Assembly: GCA_964016885.1 (NCBI GenBank)
Contig: OZ024741.1
Span: forward strand, 287,060,001-287,124,000
Length of the DNA stretch: 64,000 nt
Direction of reading: 5' to 3'
Source of the DNA: Eledone cirrhosa
Taxonomy: Eukaryota
Under the pieces are notes generated by a model. It was not told where the DNA came from and ran no database searches. It was given only the letters and a program-made list of their open reading frames with translations. Within the stretch, counting starts at the first letter, position 1, and every line of letters begins with the position of its first letter. Below, one piece after another: positions 24,735 through 39,496 of this stretch. The translations under genes and the position numbers were made by a program.

Positions 24735-25531
24735 TTTCTTGGCGTTACCACATCACATAAGTCGATGTCATGGAAAGGGCTTGATTGAATAATTTACTTA
24801 ATACCATAACCGTACGACGGCGAAAGATGCTTTTACATGTATAGGGGTATTTATATATAGGTCCACAACGAGACCAGTCGGGGCTTCCCTCAAAGTGAAG
24901 CCAGACGGAGTGTGTAGGAAATAAGACAGACCCGTCAAGATCCAGTTGAGGTTTATGGAGGAAGACCTGGCAGACATGGGTCTGGCTTTGAAGCAGGCTC
25001 ATGTCAAATCTTTCATCTGTGGAAACCGGAGATTTTTCGTCACCCAGTGATCCAAATAGAGCAAAAGGAATAATAAAAAAAAAGAACTTTACGGACCGAA
25101 ACAACTGGATGTCATGCTATCCCCATACAATGTATAGTGTTTCCAGTTATTTGTTCAATGCAATATACAGCTTGAGGCAATACACAGGAATGGGTATGGC
25201 GTATCCCATTTGATTCTCTCTTTAGAAAAATATTTATTTCATCGTTACAATCCCTGTAACAATGAAATACAATCCCTCTTTTCTTTTGGATCTGTGCAAA
25301 TGTCTGGTTTAATCATAGTTGACGTGCCTGCTTGTTATTGGTATATGAAGACTAAAGTTTCCCAAAACGGCAAAAACTTTCAAAAGTGTTCGAGAAACAT
25401 TGCTATTCCCTGTTTATACTCCTTTTATTTTTCTCATACAGTGTTGACGTACAACACTAGTTGGTTGTTATATTCAGCCACTGTCATTTGTTTCAGTAGT
25501 TTCATTTTATTCCTTTATGTGAGCACTTATG

Positions 25532-25760
25532 ACGGCGAATTGGCAGAGTCATTAGGACATAAAATTAAAAATATATCGGTATCTGTTCCGGCTCATTGAG
25601 CTTTTAGTTCAAATCAGCCGAGGTCAACTTTGCTTATCACCATTTCGAGGTTGATAAATATAGTAGCAGTCCAGTACTGGGTTGATTCTTTCTCTTTCTC
25701 TGGAAGAAATCGGCTGTGTTCCAGCATGGAAAGGAATGGGATATACCAGGTTTAAAATAA
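25532..25760 (+). mobile_element. Dominant tRNA-derived SINE (representative; other copies near 7640, 11470, 29002, 29385, 33640, 36580, 37150-37550, 39075, 39935, 49990, 50700, 51379, 52410, 54145, 56985, 61020)
   Basis: Consensus ggcgaattggcagagtcgttag...gagttcaaatcccgccgaggtcaactttgcctttcatcc...ggggtcgataaaataaagtaccag. Confidence 0.85.
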
Positions 25761-25799
25761 CCTAGACACATTGTGTATAAATTCAGGGCCCTCCACTTT

Positions 25800-27150
25800 T
25801 ACCTTATGTGAACACCTGTTTTTTCGATAGGATTGGTAAATAAGGTGTTGTGTACTACGATCAATCAGGTTATCACTCTGTCTACTTTGACGGCTTATGT
25901 TTCTGGGTGAGCCATTCACCTGTTACTTTAAGGGATTTCAAAAATAATTGCTTAATCTTGCAAATATTTTGTAGAAACTTGTTAGATATCGTTTCTAGAT
26001 ATTAGTGTTTTGTCCTTTAATGTTATCTACTTTTTTTTATTTGGGTTACTTTTTATGCAGGTATTTCTCCCAAAGTTTGTCCTATTGCTGCTTCTGATTG
26101 TTTAACATTTTCGCCTCTGACAAATCCAAACGCCGTTTCAAAGATGTTTTCTTTATCTTGCTGTTGACGCTAAATCGTTGTCCATATTGCCTTTACTTAG
26201 GTGTTGGTGAATTTGTTTTAAGTTGGACATAAACTATTTATTTTGTCAAAACAAACAACACTGCAACTTTCTAAAATGTAGGATTCTTTGTGATTTAGAG
26301 ATGATTTTGTTTTTAGTTATTTCATAATCCTATAACATTATTTGTCTTTTTATTTGTGTATTTTGTAGATGAATTCAATAAGAGATGAAAGTTCTTTACT
26401 TATGTTTTCTAGCTGTCTATGCGTATAGGTTTTCTGTTTAGTTTGTTTGGGTTTAAATGTCATATCAAAATTGTTCCTCCTATAGACATTTACGATTATT
26501 GGATCAATAGTATAGATTAGATTATTTTCGTGATATTGATGTTTTCCTCACGTTTTCATTATGAGCCTACCATGGCCTAGCTTGTGAATTTTAGATGTTG
26601 CTGATAAAGTATATTTTATTGACACAAATTATTTACTTTCGCTCGTGATTCTCCCGCTACATTTTTTATATGTCCATCTTGATTCTTACGACCCTTATTT
26701 AATTTTCATCTTTAATCGCGTTTATATTTTCATTGCTTTAGTTTTCATTCATACATTCTAGGAATTCTGAAGGTGTTTTTATGTTACAGTGTTTGTTCCC
26801 TTTGCTTATGCTAGTTGTAATAATAATTAATTAGGTTTCCGTAACTGGTACTGCCGTCGTTGTGGTGCTACTCTAGATGTTTGAATGTGGGTCCATCATG
26901 GCATTTTAATGGACCTTAGAAATGTTTGGTGGAGCGCATCTCCTCCCTAAACGTTCAGTCACTCACTAATTTTAGTTTGCCAGTGGAAGCAGTTATCAGG
27001 TGTAGATGAAAAATATCCCGGAGACAAAAGCGAATCAGGTAAGAACCAGTGTTCTTATACATCCGTTAGGATACCACTGCCAGGCATCAAAATATTCTCT
27101 CTATAAGAATACCTCGGTTTTAAGATGTTTCTTCAAATCGTAGAAAATGG
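25800..27150 (-). pseudogene. Heavily degraded PLE reverse transcriptase
   Basis: Colinear remnants IFYDLKKHLK (~FYGLPKIHK), TAVPVTET (~TNVPV), YQQ..AMVGS (~G.AMGS), IVYVQ..NSP; many stops. Confidence 0.45.
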
Positions 27151-27930
27151 TACGCTCAGTATTACAATAACGTTTCTTTTCAAATCATTTTACTCTATTT
27201 CCAAAGGATGACGCTATGTCGTGATAGTTGTAATAGCGTTTCTTTAAATTGTTTAACTCTACTTTCAAATGAATCATTATTTCAAAACTAGACGTATGGT
27301 TTTGAAATAATGATTCTTTAAATCCTGAATAATGGTACGTACGTTATTTAAATAACTTTCTTCAAATAACTGCACTCTATTTTTGAAAGGAACGACATAT
27401 AACGCTATGTTCAGTACTGGAATGACGCTTCTTTAAAAATATATAAATAAGAAGTTACATTAGTAAAGATCTAGTTGATATGGTGATTTAAATAATATTT
27501 ATTATTCCTAGAGTCTTAGATTAGGTTTACTTTGGTGTTATATGTGCTAAAGTAGACTGTAGTTATAGTTATGGTGTTATCAAGTCCGCTCTATACTCAT
27601 GAAGTCTCTGGTTCGATCCTACTACGCGGCATCATGAACAAATATTCATATTCTCGGATCGACTCAAGCATTGTGAGTGAAAGTGGATTGACGGAAACTA
27701 CGGGTTAGTCCCTCTGGTACTCTGTACTTGTTTTGAAATAATGTGTCTTTAAATTTTGTATAGCTGTACATTTCGTATTGAAATAAAGTTTCTTCAAATC
27801 ATTTCACTCTATTTTCAAAGGGACATTAGATATCGTTAAGTCCAGTTGCGAAATAACGTTTCTTTAAATCGTTTATTAATACTTTAAGAGACAGTGAGCA
27901 ACAGAGCGTCCTAATTTCGAAATAATGTTT
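27150..27930. repeat. Diverged local repeat (units near 27150, 27340, 27770) interrupted by a SINE head
   Basis: Recurrent aataacgtttctt(c/t)aaat...actctattt..aaagg blocks. Confidence 0.6.
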
Positions 27931-28112
27931 TTTTTATGTTGTATTTTATCTATTAATAATAAAATGTTGTAGTTTGCTTGAAGCATTGTATATAATATAT
28001 AATGTGGATATAGATGGAGGGCTAAACAATGTAAAATGGAGTGTAAGATGAAGGTAATGAAAAAGATAGCTATCAGGTTATTATTATTTTTATTTTTATT
28101 TTTTTTATGTTC

Positions 28113-28422
28113 TTTCTTTCGTTCTAATATTTTGGGGCTTAAAATTCCCTACTTCAGAGTATAAGGAACTTTCAGAGAAAACAAATCAGAGTAAGTGATG
28201 TCATCGATGTATTTATGCGTGGGAGAGGAAATTGTCATTGACACCGCCAATTATGACATTTATCTCACACATCATATCATAGATAACGACTGCTTTACCA
28301 ACTCCAGCTGGAAATGTTCCGGTTTCTTCAAAGAGAAGAAACCGGAACATTTGTTTTCTCTGAAAGTTACTTATACCCTGAAGAAGGGAATTTTAAGTCC
28401 CGAAATATTAGGACGAAAGAAA
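28113..28422. mobile_element. Fold-back element with degenerate HHR core and internal hairpins
   Basis: Arms 28113-28186 / 28349-28422; CTGAAGA aGGGA..TCCC GAAA at 28378-28405; perfect 18-bp hairpin 28312-28352. Confidence 0.6.
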
Positions 28423-29686
28423 CAACAGCAAAAAAAAAAAGAAAAAGATTACCATGTAACACGTTTCCGTTACCTTCATCTTACATTTCATTTTGCATTG
28501 TGTAGCCTTTTATCTATTAATATTTTCGGTATTTATATATATAATATACTTTTGTTGCTCATCATTTTGTAGTGTGCCCTACGCAACCCTTTCATTTAAT
28601 TCTCATACTTTCATACCTGATACTGTTCACTTTAAGTTTATTAGGATCTAAAATTATTTCTAGACCAGTTTTATTTTACTAGGAAACATGTATCTTGTAT
28701 CGATTTTAAAGTTGAGTATAACTGTAAACTATTTACATAATACTGAAACATATTCCACACGAGAATATTTATGCTCTGCCTGTTTTATTTGCAGTCTTCT
28801 AGTAATAAAATCAAATTCTTGATTTAGATTGTCTTCATTTTCATAGAATATCAATTCATTCGGTTTTGGTAATGTGATATTTCTAACTTTCCATTGTGAA
28901 TACTTTTTATCTCCAAAATTAAAAGTAAAATATTCCACCTTGTGCCGATTGATAAAGTTTTAATTTGCTTGTTTTATAAAATTTTGTATAAAACTTGAAT
29001 AGTGACGAATTGGCAGAGTCGTTAGAACGTCGGGTAGAATCCTTTCCTGTATTCGTTTCGGTTCTCTGCTCTCTGAGTTCAAATCCCACTGAGGTCAACT
29101 TTACCTTTCATCCATTCAAGGTTGATAAAAAAGTACCAGTCAAACACCAGGGTCACTTCTTCCTCTATATATCATTCTCTCTTACTTTCTTTCCTTCCTT
29201 TCTATTATTCTCTAGAAGAAATCTGCTGTATTCAGACCCAGGTTTTAAAATGCCCTAGTAACGCTGGATGGCAATATATTGCCCCTACAACCCTCTAGGA
29301 GTTACGGGACCATTCGTGCGTGTATAAAACATAATTTGTCTGATACTGTTTGATGTTTTCTATCAGTAGTGTGCCTAGCAACGACCTCAGAAATAGGAAG
29401 GGGAACGTTGGCCTCGGCGTGATTTGAACTCAGAACATAGAGGGTCGCAACTAAATACCACAAAGCATTTTGCCTAACGCTTTAACGATGCTACCAATCC
29501 ACCGCTCCCCTTATTGCCATTATTATTATTAAAGGAATGTAATGGGAGTTTTAATCTATATTGAAGTAATTTATGTCTAGATTACCGTATAAACAAGGAG
29601 AAGTTTAATATATTGTTAAATGTAAAATTAGCTGTGGATGAGAAAGCAAAAAAGAGATGTGAGAGAAAAGCAAGAAAGAGTAGACA

Positions 29687-29718
<32 letters not shown>

Positions 29719-29780
29719 TTCAGTATATCTTTGTATAGTTTGCCATTGGTCTTGATCAGCCAATGAAAGATTGATGTTAA

Positions 29781-29900
29781 AGCTGTGAAATCTAGCATGC
29801 ATTAATTTCAACTCTTCTTATTAATGACTGCATTGTTTCTTAAACAATTCAGTTATTATTAAGAAAAGTTGAAATTAATGCATGCAAGATTTCACAGCTC
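29781..29900. repeat. Imperfect ~60-bp-arm palindrome
   Basis: agctgtgaaatctagcatgcattaatttcaact / agttgaaattaatgcatgcaagatttcacagct; no convincing HHR. Confidence 0.8.
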
Positions 29901-29980
29901 TAGGACCAATCCTTCATAGTCAACCTATGAAATTTTCAGCCAACCTTCGTACATACGTACATACATACAAACATACATAT

Positions 29981-30579
29981 ATGCGAGGATATTCCTGAGA
30001 ATGAAAATATGAAAGTTTCAGTGATATGGCTGGAATATGCATCCATAATATGAAAGTCTTCTGATGGAATGTTCCAGTCAAAACCCCAATAAAATTCAAA
30101 CAAAATAGACCAAACATATTGATATGGAACACAGAAAAGAAAGCATGCAGAGTAGTGGAAATCAGCTGTCCAGCAGTAGTAAATACTATGTAGAGGTTTT
30201 GAGCCAGTTCAGAAAGAGATTTCGTCACAAAAGACCAGAACTCTTTAACTACTTGGCCGATGGGAATCAAAATTGTTCCTAATCCTCCCTATAGTTCAGA
30301 TTTAGCCCCTTGTGACTTCTGGATGTTCCCAAAGCTGAAGGAGAAGCTCAGGGTTATCCGCTTTGAGGATATGGAGGAAATGAAAGAGGTGGTGACAAGC
30401 ACTCTAGATACCTTCATTTTAGAGGACGACAAGGTGACCTTCCAGAAAGGGACGGAGCCTTACAACAAATGCATTAAAGTTGGATGATCGTACTGTGGGG
30501 GAGATTAGAGTTTTGTGTTGATATGAGTTAAATAAATGACTCTGATAAAAGTCTCAAAACCTCTAGAGTGTACCTTGTA
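29981..30579 (+). mobile_element. Degraded mariner element
   Basis: PNPPYSSDLAPCDFWMFPKLK (YSPDLAP motif) in ORF 30260-30487; eroded TIRs. Confidence 0.8.
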
Positions 30580-30879
30580 TAAATCAAACACGGATTCATA
30601 CACGCACACACACACATACAAACGCATAGAGCCACACACATATATCAACCTAGCTGATGCCTAAATTTCAATGAAAGAATGTTGTTTCTGTGAGAAACTG
30701 GTTCTCTCACTTTATTGGTGAAAAATTATAAAACTATAAAACCAGAAGAGGGTGGTGGTGGTGGTGGTGGTGGAGGAGGTTGGGAGCTTTTGTTCGTTCG
30801 TATCATATAATTGATGTGCGTTTTCCTGTGCAACTTTGCTATTTACGTACATACATACATATAGATGCATACACATGTA

Positions 30880-31601
<722 letters not shown>

Positions 31602-31704
31602 ATATATATATATACATACTTACCTATACATAAATACATACATACATATATACATATAGATACATACATATACTACACAGCACAGCACATATATATACTA
31701 CACA

Positions 31705-31765
<61 letters not shown>

Positions 31766-31768
<3 letters not shown>

Positions 31769-32719
31769 TAAAACATCTCTATAGAATCACAAGATAAAAT
31801 ATATACTATTTCCTCTCCCAATTAGCATAATTAACTATATAAAAAATCGAATAGACCAGGCTATACGAATGAGGCTTCTAGGAAGGAATCTCCAACAAAT
31901 AACCAAAACTAGCGCTTCGCGTCGGCCGCAGTGGAATATTTATCGAATATTTCGACAGCGTAATCGCCTAGATACAGTCAACTAAGCAGAATTAGGTTTA
32001 AAATAAACTAGGAGAAAATAGAATACACTTAAATACCTCTACCATGGTGTCGTCCGTGTTTTGAGTTATCCAATAATTATGTAATAATTATATATACTCG
32101 AGCGTCGGATTCTTCAGGAAGCTCGCTCATATCTAGACATTAAATTTTCCAAAACGATCGAGCCAAGAATTCATTTCAAAATGGCTAAAAATCGTGACGT
32201 AGTCGCGGTCAAGTTGGAAGGGGTGTGGTAGTTGCTTACGACCTGTGGCATTTTTGCTAGAAAGCACAGCACAATACAGCCAAATTTGTATCTCAACCTA
32301 GTGGGAGATTATTACATATAAAAGTTTACATATATATATACATACACATACATATACGTGTTTTGCAACTGGTCACTTTTTGGCTCAATGAAAAATTAAT
32401 AAATTAAACAATCAGAGCTATATATCATAAAACATGTCTATAGAATCACAAGATAAAATATATACTATTTCCTCTCCCAATTAGCATAATTAACTATATA
32501 AAAAATCGAATAGACCAGGCTATACGAATGAGGCTTCTAGTAAGGAATCTCCAACAAATAACCAAAACTAGCGCTTCGCGTCGGCCGCAGTGGAATATTT
32601 ATCGAATATTTCGACGGCGTAATCGCCTAGATACAGTCAACTAAGCAGAATTAGGTTTAAAATAAACTAGGAGAAAATAGAATACACTTAAATACCTTTA
32701 CCATACACTTAAATACCTC

Positions 32720-32722
<3 letters not shown>
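31766..32722 (-). mobile_element. HHR-bearing partial tandem unit (~659-bp period) between (TA)n
   Basis: 31766-32043 nearly identical to 32425-32702; HHR 32035-32122. Confidence 0.85.
32035..32122 (-). ncRNA. Type I hammerhead with ~60-nt stem II and one core change (GACA for GAAA)
   Basis: gcttc CTGAAGA aTCCG..GAGT..ACTC..CGGAc GACA CCATGG TA gaggt. Confidence 0.7.
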
Positions 32723-32785
<63 letters not shown>

Positions 32786-32792
32786 CTGTGTA

Positions 32793-32859
<67 letters not shown>

Positions 32860-32937
32860 CTTACCTATACATAAATACATACATACATATATACATATAG
32901 ATACATACATATACTACACAGCACACACACACAGAGG

Positions 32938-32972
<35 letters not shown>

Positions 32973-34004
32973 ATATGTATGTATATACATAGATAAATAC
33001 ATACATACATACACATGCATACATACATACATACATACATATACATATGTACATATATACGTCTGTACATACTTACGTAATACATATGCACATACATATG
33101 GACATACATACGTACACACATACATACATACACACATAGATACATGCATACACACATACATACATACACGCATACATACATACATAAACACACATACATA
33201 AACACACATACATACATACACACATAGATACATACACACATACATACATACACATACATACGTTACGTTACATATGTCTCATATATACTTCAATAATACG
33301 CATCAGTACAACATCGATAGCAACCGAAATTTAATTCCTTTACATAATCCAACGTGAGAATAATAAATTCTTACCAATATGTCTCGAATGAATAGAGAAG
33401 AATAAGTCAGCGAGCACAATATACTTTAGACAGAAATCTATGCGATGTAATTCAATTAAAAATTACAAAATTTCAGCTGAAGTAAAGAGAATTAGAAAAC
33501 AAAAGCCGTCACTACTCACACAATACGCTAAATCTAAGGACACAACGAAATCATTATGATAATGATGATGAAGATGAGGAGGAAGAGCAGGAGGAGGTGG
33601 AGGAGGGGGATGATGGCAATAAAAATAATAAAGATTTTTACTATAGGCACAAGGCCAGCAATTCGAGAGGAAGGGAAAGTCGATTAAATCGACCCGAGTG
33701 CATTACTGGTACTTTATTTTATCGACACCGTAAGAATGAAAGGCAAAGCTAATGATTTCTACTACAGGCACAAGGCCAGAAATTTTGAAGGGGAGAAGAA
33801 AGTTGATTAAATCGACCGCAGTGCATTACTGTTACTTTATTTTATCGACCCCGTAAGAATGAAAAGCAAAGCTAACCTCGGCAGGATTTATACTCAGAAC
33901 TTAAAGGGCCATAACTCTTTGCTGCAATGCATGGTGTCTGACGCTCTACCGATACTGCCAATAATAATAATAATAATAATTATTATTATTATCATTATAT
34001 TGAT

Positions 34005-34880
34005 TTCTTTATTGGCCACAAGGGCCTACATATAGGGGACAATACAATAGACAGAGAGTGGGAGGGGGGGATTATAAAAATATCGTGTAAAAACAACTTA
34101 ACAAAAACAATTAACAATGAAAATTACAACAATAAAAATTCCCCAATAATTACCCAGGGGCGACCTAGGTAGACCAAAAATCCTGAACCACCCGACGCTT
34201 CGAGGGCATCCGGGAAAGGCACCCTCTCCTCTTCATATTAACCAGCCTTCAGGCACATGCTCAGAGAAGGCCTGTTCACAGGGGCCATTATCGCCACATT
34301 CACCCACCTTTCACCAAATGTACTGGTGGGCACACTTCTCTCTCCACCCTCACCTTCCTCTCCAAGTGACACTTTAAAAAGTTGATAATGGATTGGCTGA
34401 AGAAAAAAGTGTCTGTCTTCAGTCCTTTTAACCTGTTCCACCACACAACCCCTTTCACTACCACACCACCAGACAAAGGAATTTGCCTGTCCTTCCCAGT
34501 CAGAAGAAGGCGGCGGGTCGATTTTCACTATGGACTCGGCCAATAGCCAGATCGTTCTACACGCGACAACAACTGTTCGACATAACTCCACAAGTTAATA
34601 ATGCACGGAAACTGGATGAGTGCATCTCGGGCAGGTCCGTCTGACAGCACTTCGGTGCCTGTAGAGTTTATCCCGAATCGACAGTGTCCCCTGGTAGCAC
34701 TGCAAAAGGAGGGATTTCTTGAAATTATCCATAGTCCCCATCTCGAAAGCCCTCCGGAACAGATTGGTCAGTTCGACTTCGTCGACGCCCAGAGTCTCTC
34801 CGAATGCGTCGTTGTACTTACCCACCACTAATCCGATATAGAACTCGACAGTTGACATTCCACAGACCACTTTACCCTCC
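34005..34880 (-). pseudogene. Tx1-like LINE 3' fragment
   Basis: MDNFKKSLLLQCY, RDKLYRH, CPRC, ERWVNVA match the ORF2 C-terminus. Confidence 0.85.
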
Positions 34881-35460
34881 CCGGCGTCGGTATCAGTGAA
34901 GGCTTACGATCAAAAAGGGGTAAACCTCATAGGGTCACTCGTGGAGAAAACCCACAAAAATCTACAGGCACATACTTACATATTTAGAGCAGGCCCATTC
35001 ACTCGGACCGTGCAGGCCACTCTAACCCATCTTTCAACAAACTGATTAGAAAGCAGAATTTACCTCTACACCCTGATTTTTCTCTTCAGGTAAAGTACTT
35101 GTTTTCAAATATGTCCACCACATGATCAGTTTCACCATGACAACCGGGCAGATAGAAACTGCCTGTCCTTCTCCACTAAAGGAAGACAACGGTGCTATTT
35201 TCACAATGGTTTCAGTTGATAGTCGGATCCGTCTTACATGTGACAGCAGGTGTCCAATGTAAACCCACAAGTCAGTAATATTAGAGCCCACGACGAGTGC
35301 GTGGAAGACAGCTTCATCGACCTGCGCACTTTCGGACAGGACCGGCTGACAACACTGCCATGCCTGTAGAGTTTATCGGGAAGTAGCAAAGCTCCTCAGT
35401 AGCACTGCCAGGTCAGGTATTTCTGGAAGTTATCCATGGGCCCTGGACTGCAACTAAGCC
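34880..35460 (-). pseudogene. Second Tx1-like LINE 3' fragment
   Basis: PMDNFQK, DLWVYIGHLLS, LKRKIRV..FVERWVRVA. Confidence 0.8.
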
Positions 35461-36383
35461 CCTACAGAACACAAAGTAAAGTTTCCACCAGTCACGGTGC
35501 CCGATTTGCTGCTGAAGATAATAATGATGATGATGGCTATAGTAATAACGTAAAAAAGCATTATCAATAATAATTGAGGCACTAGGTATGATATAAAAAA
35601 AATCCTTGCTGACAATACCACCCAATAACCAGAACATAACCCTGTTAGGAACTGCCTCCACTCTGCAAAAAGCAATCTAGATTCATTAGCACATTTCAAC
35701 CAGTGCTATTTCGAATCACGATATACACCTGATACTATAAGCAATTAATAAAATAACACAATGCACACAAAATATATTCTACGTGATTAATACCAATAAC
35801 ATTTATACCCAATAAAATATAACGATATATGATCTTACACAACCGATATCGGACACTATAACATCAACAACTCATGTAACAATCATTGAAGATAACTTCA
35901 ACACATTAACGCTACTCAAGCCATACACCACAACCCTCAACATGGAAACATATTTCCGATTACACAACACGGACAGAATAAATTCTCTTACAACATTTCC
36001 GACACAGAAGAATACATAATAAGTAACCTTGACGATTATGATAAAAGACGTTTAGTGAATTAGTCACAGGGTTATTTACTTTGGTAAACGCCACTGCAGG
36101 CCAACCACTAATTTAATTCGATACAGATATAATAAGGTTAACAAACTCGCCCGTGAGTGAACTGTCCGAGAGCCGTCACCAAATAAGCCAAGATGTCTCT
36201 TTTCTCCCTCCGGTATAATCCCTAGACCGGAAGTTCAAAGAATCCTCTAGAATTCAACGGGAAGTAACTCCAATTAGTTTTTTCTCTCCGGGCAAGGTGG
36301 CGCTAGTCGCTACAGACGTTAGACTTTAAAAAGAGGCTGTTTGCATAATTGCAAACGAATCGAATATTATTATTAATATTCGA

Positions 36384-36501
36384 TTGAGTTCAAATCCCGC
36401 CGAGGTTGACTTTGCCTTTCATCCTTACGGGGTCGATAAAATAAAGTACCAGTAATGAACTGGGTATTTGCTGGCCTTGTGCCTAAAGTAGAAACAATTA
36501 C
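36384..36501 (+). mobile_element. 5'-truncated SINE with 10-bp TSD inside a fragment of the 5975-family element
   Basis: taatattcga at 36374-36383 and 36502-36511. Confidence 0.8.
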
Positions 36502-36820
36502 TAATATTCGAAAAACTCAGATTTCATTTATATATATATATAAAAACAAAATTATCGTAAGGCTGTTTGCTTGCAAACGAATTGACAGTATCGGTAGAGG
36601 GTCGGACGCCATGCTTTCCAGCATAGAGTTACTTCCCTTTACGGTCTGAGTTAAAATTCCGCCGACGTTAACTTTGGCTTTCATCCTTATGGGGTCGATA
36701 AAATAATGTACCAGTAATGCACTGAGTTAATTGCTGGCCTTGTGCCAAAAGTAGAAACAATTATTATTGTTCGATATAAAACTCACAAATACACACACAC
36801 ACATATATATATATATGTAT

Positions 36821-36898
<78 letters not shown>

Positions 36899-39425
36899 GT
36901 GTGTGTGTGTGTGTCTGTCTGTCTATTATTGTGTGTGTGTGTGTAGGTGTGCGCGCGCTTGTGTAGGTTCCCGAGTTGTATCGGGGGAAGTATCCACAAT
37001 TAAAAAATCTACTCAACACGGAGGTAGAGAATAGGCTTCTTTACTATATATAGAAATAATTTCTACAGGACTAGCACTATTTCATTCGAATGAAATCATC
37101 AGGACATTCCTAATGATTTCAAGCGAATGAAACTGTTCTAGTGGTATTTAAACTGAGAAGTTACAGAGCTGGAATGAATACCAGAAGCATTCTATCCGAC
37201 ATTCTAATGACTCTGCCAACCTGTCGCCTGCACATGCTTACCTTCATGGTCCCATAACTCCTGAGGGAGTCTTATTGACATACGGCGTTTCTTGGGTACT
37301 TTTAAACCTGACTGAGCATATCCCACCGAAAACTTGAACACAACTGATTGCTTCCAGAGAAGGATAGAGAGAATGTGAGAATGGAATTGAGAAAGCAATA
37401 TAGAGGAATGATCGACCTCAGTACTAGACTGGTACATTTGTATCGACTTCGAAAGGATGAAAGGCAAAAGGAGTAGAAGATCGGAGCGAATTCCCTAAAG
37501 CATTCTATCCGATTTTCTAACGACTCTGCCATTCCTTCGATTTCACGTACCTAAGTATAAGCTTACTGATAACGACCGGAGATCAAACCATTCGCGATGA
37601 AAATATTTAAACTGCTTTCATATATAGAGATACGGTTGGTACTTTGAAACATTGCAAAAGGTTGATTGGTGGTAAGTACTTCCATTTTTTTTTTTTTGCT
37701 TCGTAAAGACGTTCCCTGGTAAATTTATTTTCGTGTAACAATTTTATTTACATGATTGAATCCGGAAAATGAGATCGTAAAAAAGTAAATAAAAGAAAAA
37801 AAGAGGTTATATGTCTTAATCCGTATGGTGAGCAAATGGGGTCCCACGTGCTGGTCTCCCCTCAGCCCCGGCGGACAGAATGGAGAAGGCGTTTCCCCGG
37901 AGGATGGTAACAGATATTATAATCGTATAAACTTATCTAAAATATATGATAAAGAACATTATTACGAATGTACTTCTTTCTTCGTTTAATAAACATGTCT
38001 CCTCCCAAAATATGAGAGAGGGGCTAATCCATTCCCTACACTTCGCCTATTTCCTGAAGAAGACTAAAGTGCTTTAGTGTTTCTATCACTTTGTTTCAGC
38101 CGTTTATCTATTGAGACAGAACAAATGAATTAATTTCGCAAAAACTATGCAAAAAAAAAAACCACAAACAAAAACAATACAAAAACAAAAAAATGCCAAC
38201 AAATTTTTGATCTGATCTCGATACTGTATTTATATTGCTTTAATTTGCTTCTCTTATCTTTTGTAGTTTATAATTATTTATTTATGCATTATTTTATTCT
38301 TTCAGCATTTCTTCTCCTTAAAAGCTTGCCAATGCACGCTTTCTGTAGAACCATCGATTTATGAGAATAAGGGGAAGACATTTTTTATCAATTCACTCCT
38401 TACATTTCGTAAGATTTAGAAAAATATATACAAAATACATAGAAAGAGAACTATTATCTCCATACTTTCCATATTTTCTCTTAAAACGTTTTGAAAGCAA
38501 CAAGGAAAAGTCATAAATATAAGAAATAATAGATATAAATAGAGGAAATAAAATCAAACAAAATATTGTCAAAGCCAGGTGCAACAAAATAATAGAACCT
38601 ACACCAATGTCTTATGAACAAATCAGTCTTTAACTATATTTCTAATGTTACTTTCGCACGGAAAGACCTGACAAAACTATGGAATTTGTGATAAGGTGAA
38701 AAAATATTGCACTGGTGAATTTGTCTTTATATATTTCAAACATATTTCAGTGAAAGTTAGACTTGTAAAAATGATTTGTTCTTATTTTAGCATTTATTTA
38801 TTTTTTTAATGTGCTTCAGTTTTAAAATCGATATTAAACATGGTATATGATGCATTTAAAAACTGACTTTAAAGTCTTGTAATGGACAATCGATCAAAAT
38901 AGTGGCCTCTCGGCTGCTGAAAAGTGAAGTCTTTATCAAAATATAGTTTACTGTCATTATACCTCATCTTCTTCAAATAAAATAGGCATGTTATACTGTT
39001 ACAAGGTATGCAATAGTTGAACAGGAATAAGTTTCACTGGAATTAATGTATATAAATTCCAATCACAGTCATTTTTCTATAACAGGGGAGGGGGAAGTCG
39101 AATATATCGACCCATTACAAAGCTGGTCCTTTATTTTATCGACGCTGGAAGGGTGAAATGCAAAGTTGACTTCGGCGAGATCTGAATTCAGAACGTAGAA
39201 AGCCATAACTAAATGCCACAAAGCATTTTGTACAGCGCTCTACCGATGCTGCCAATCCACTGCCCTCGGGGGTAGTAATTAATACTATTTATAAGTAAGT
39301 ATGTTCTGGTACAGCGTGCGAGTTTGAAATTAGAAATAGAAGCTTTCGCCGTATTGTTTTACTAAAGAAATTTTAGCCTGATAGTGGGCTTTAGAACCCT
39401 CCAAGAAATGGAAAAAGATGAGTAT

Positions 39426-39496
39426 TGACGTATATGGGAGTCGAAGCCACATCTTTGGTTATGCAGACCACTGTGCTACCATTACACCAACACATT
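39426..39496 (-). pseudogene. tRNA-like sequence (GCA anticodon), probable pseudogene or SINE head
   Basis: D arm gtgt/gcac, anticodon arm tggt-ctgcata-acca, TTCGACT loop; weak acceptor and T stems. Confidence 0.5.

Noticed and set aside
27150-27930. CRISPR-like repeat-spacer array
   Set aside because: Irregular diverged units, related spacers, no cas genes, eukaryotic context
28729-28938. 69-aa ORF as a host exon
   Set aside because: No recognisable motif or splice support
38054-38085. CTGAAGA followed by a hairpin
   Set aside because: No GAAA, stem III or stem I; not a hammerhead
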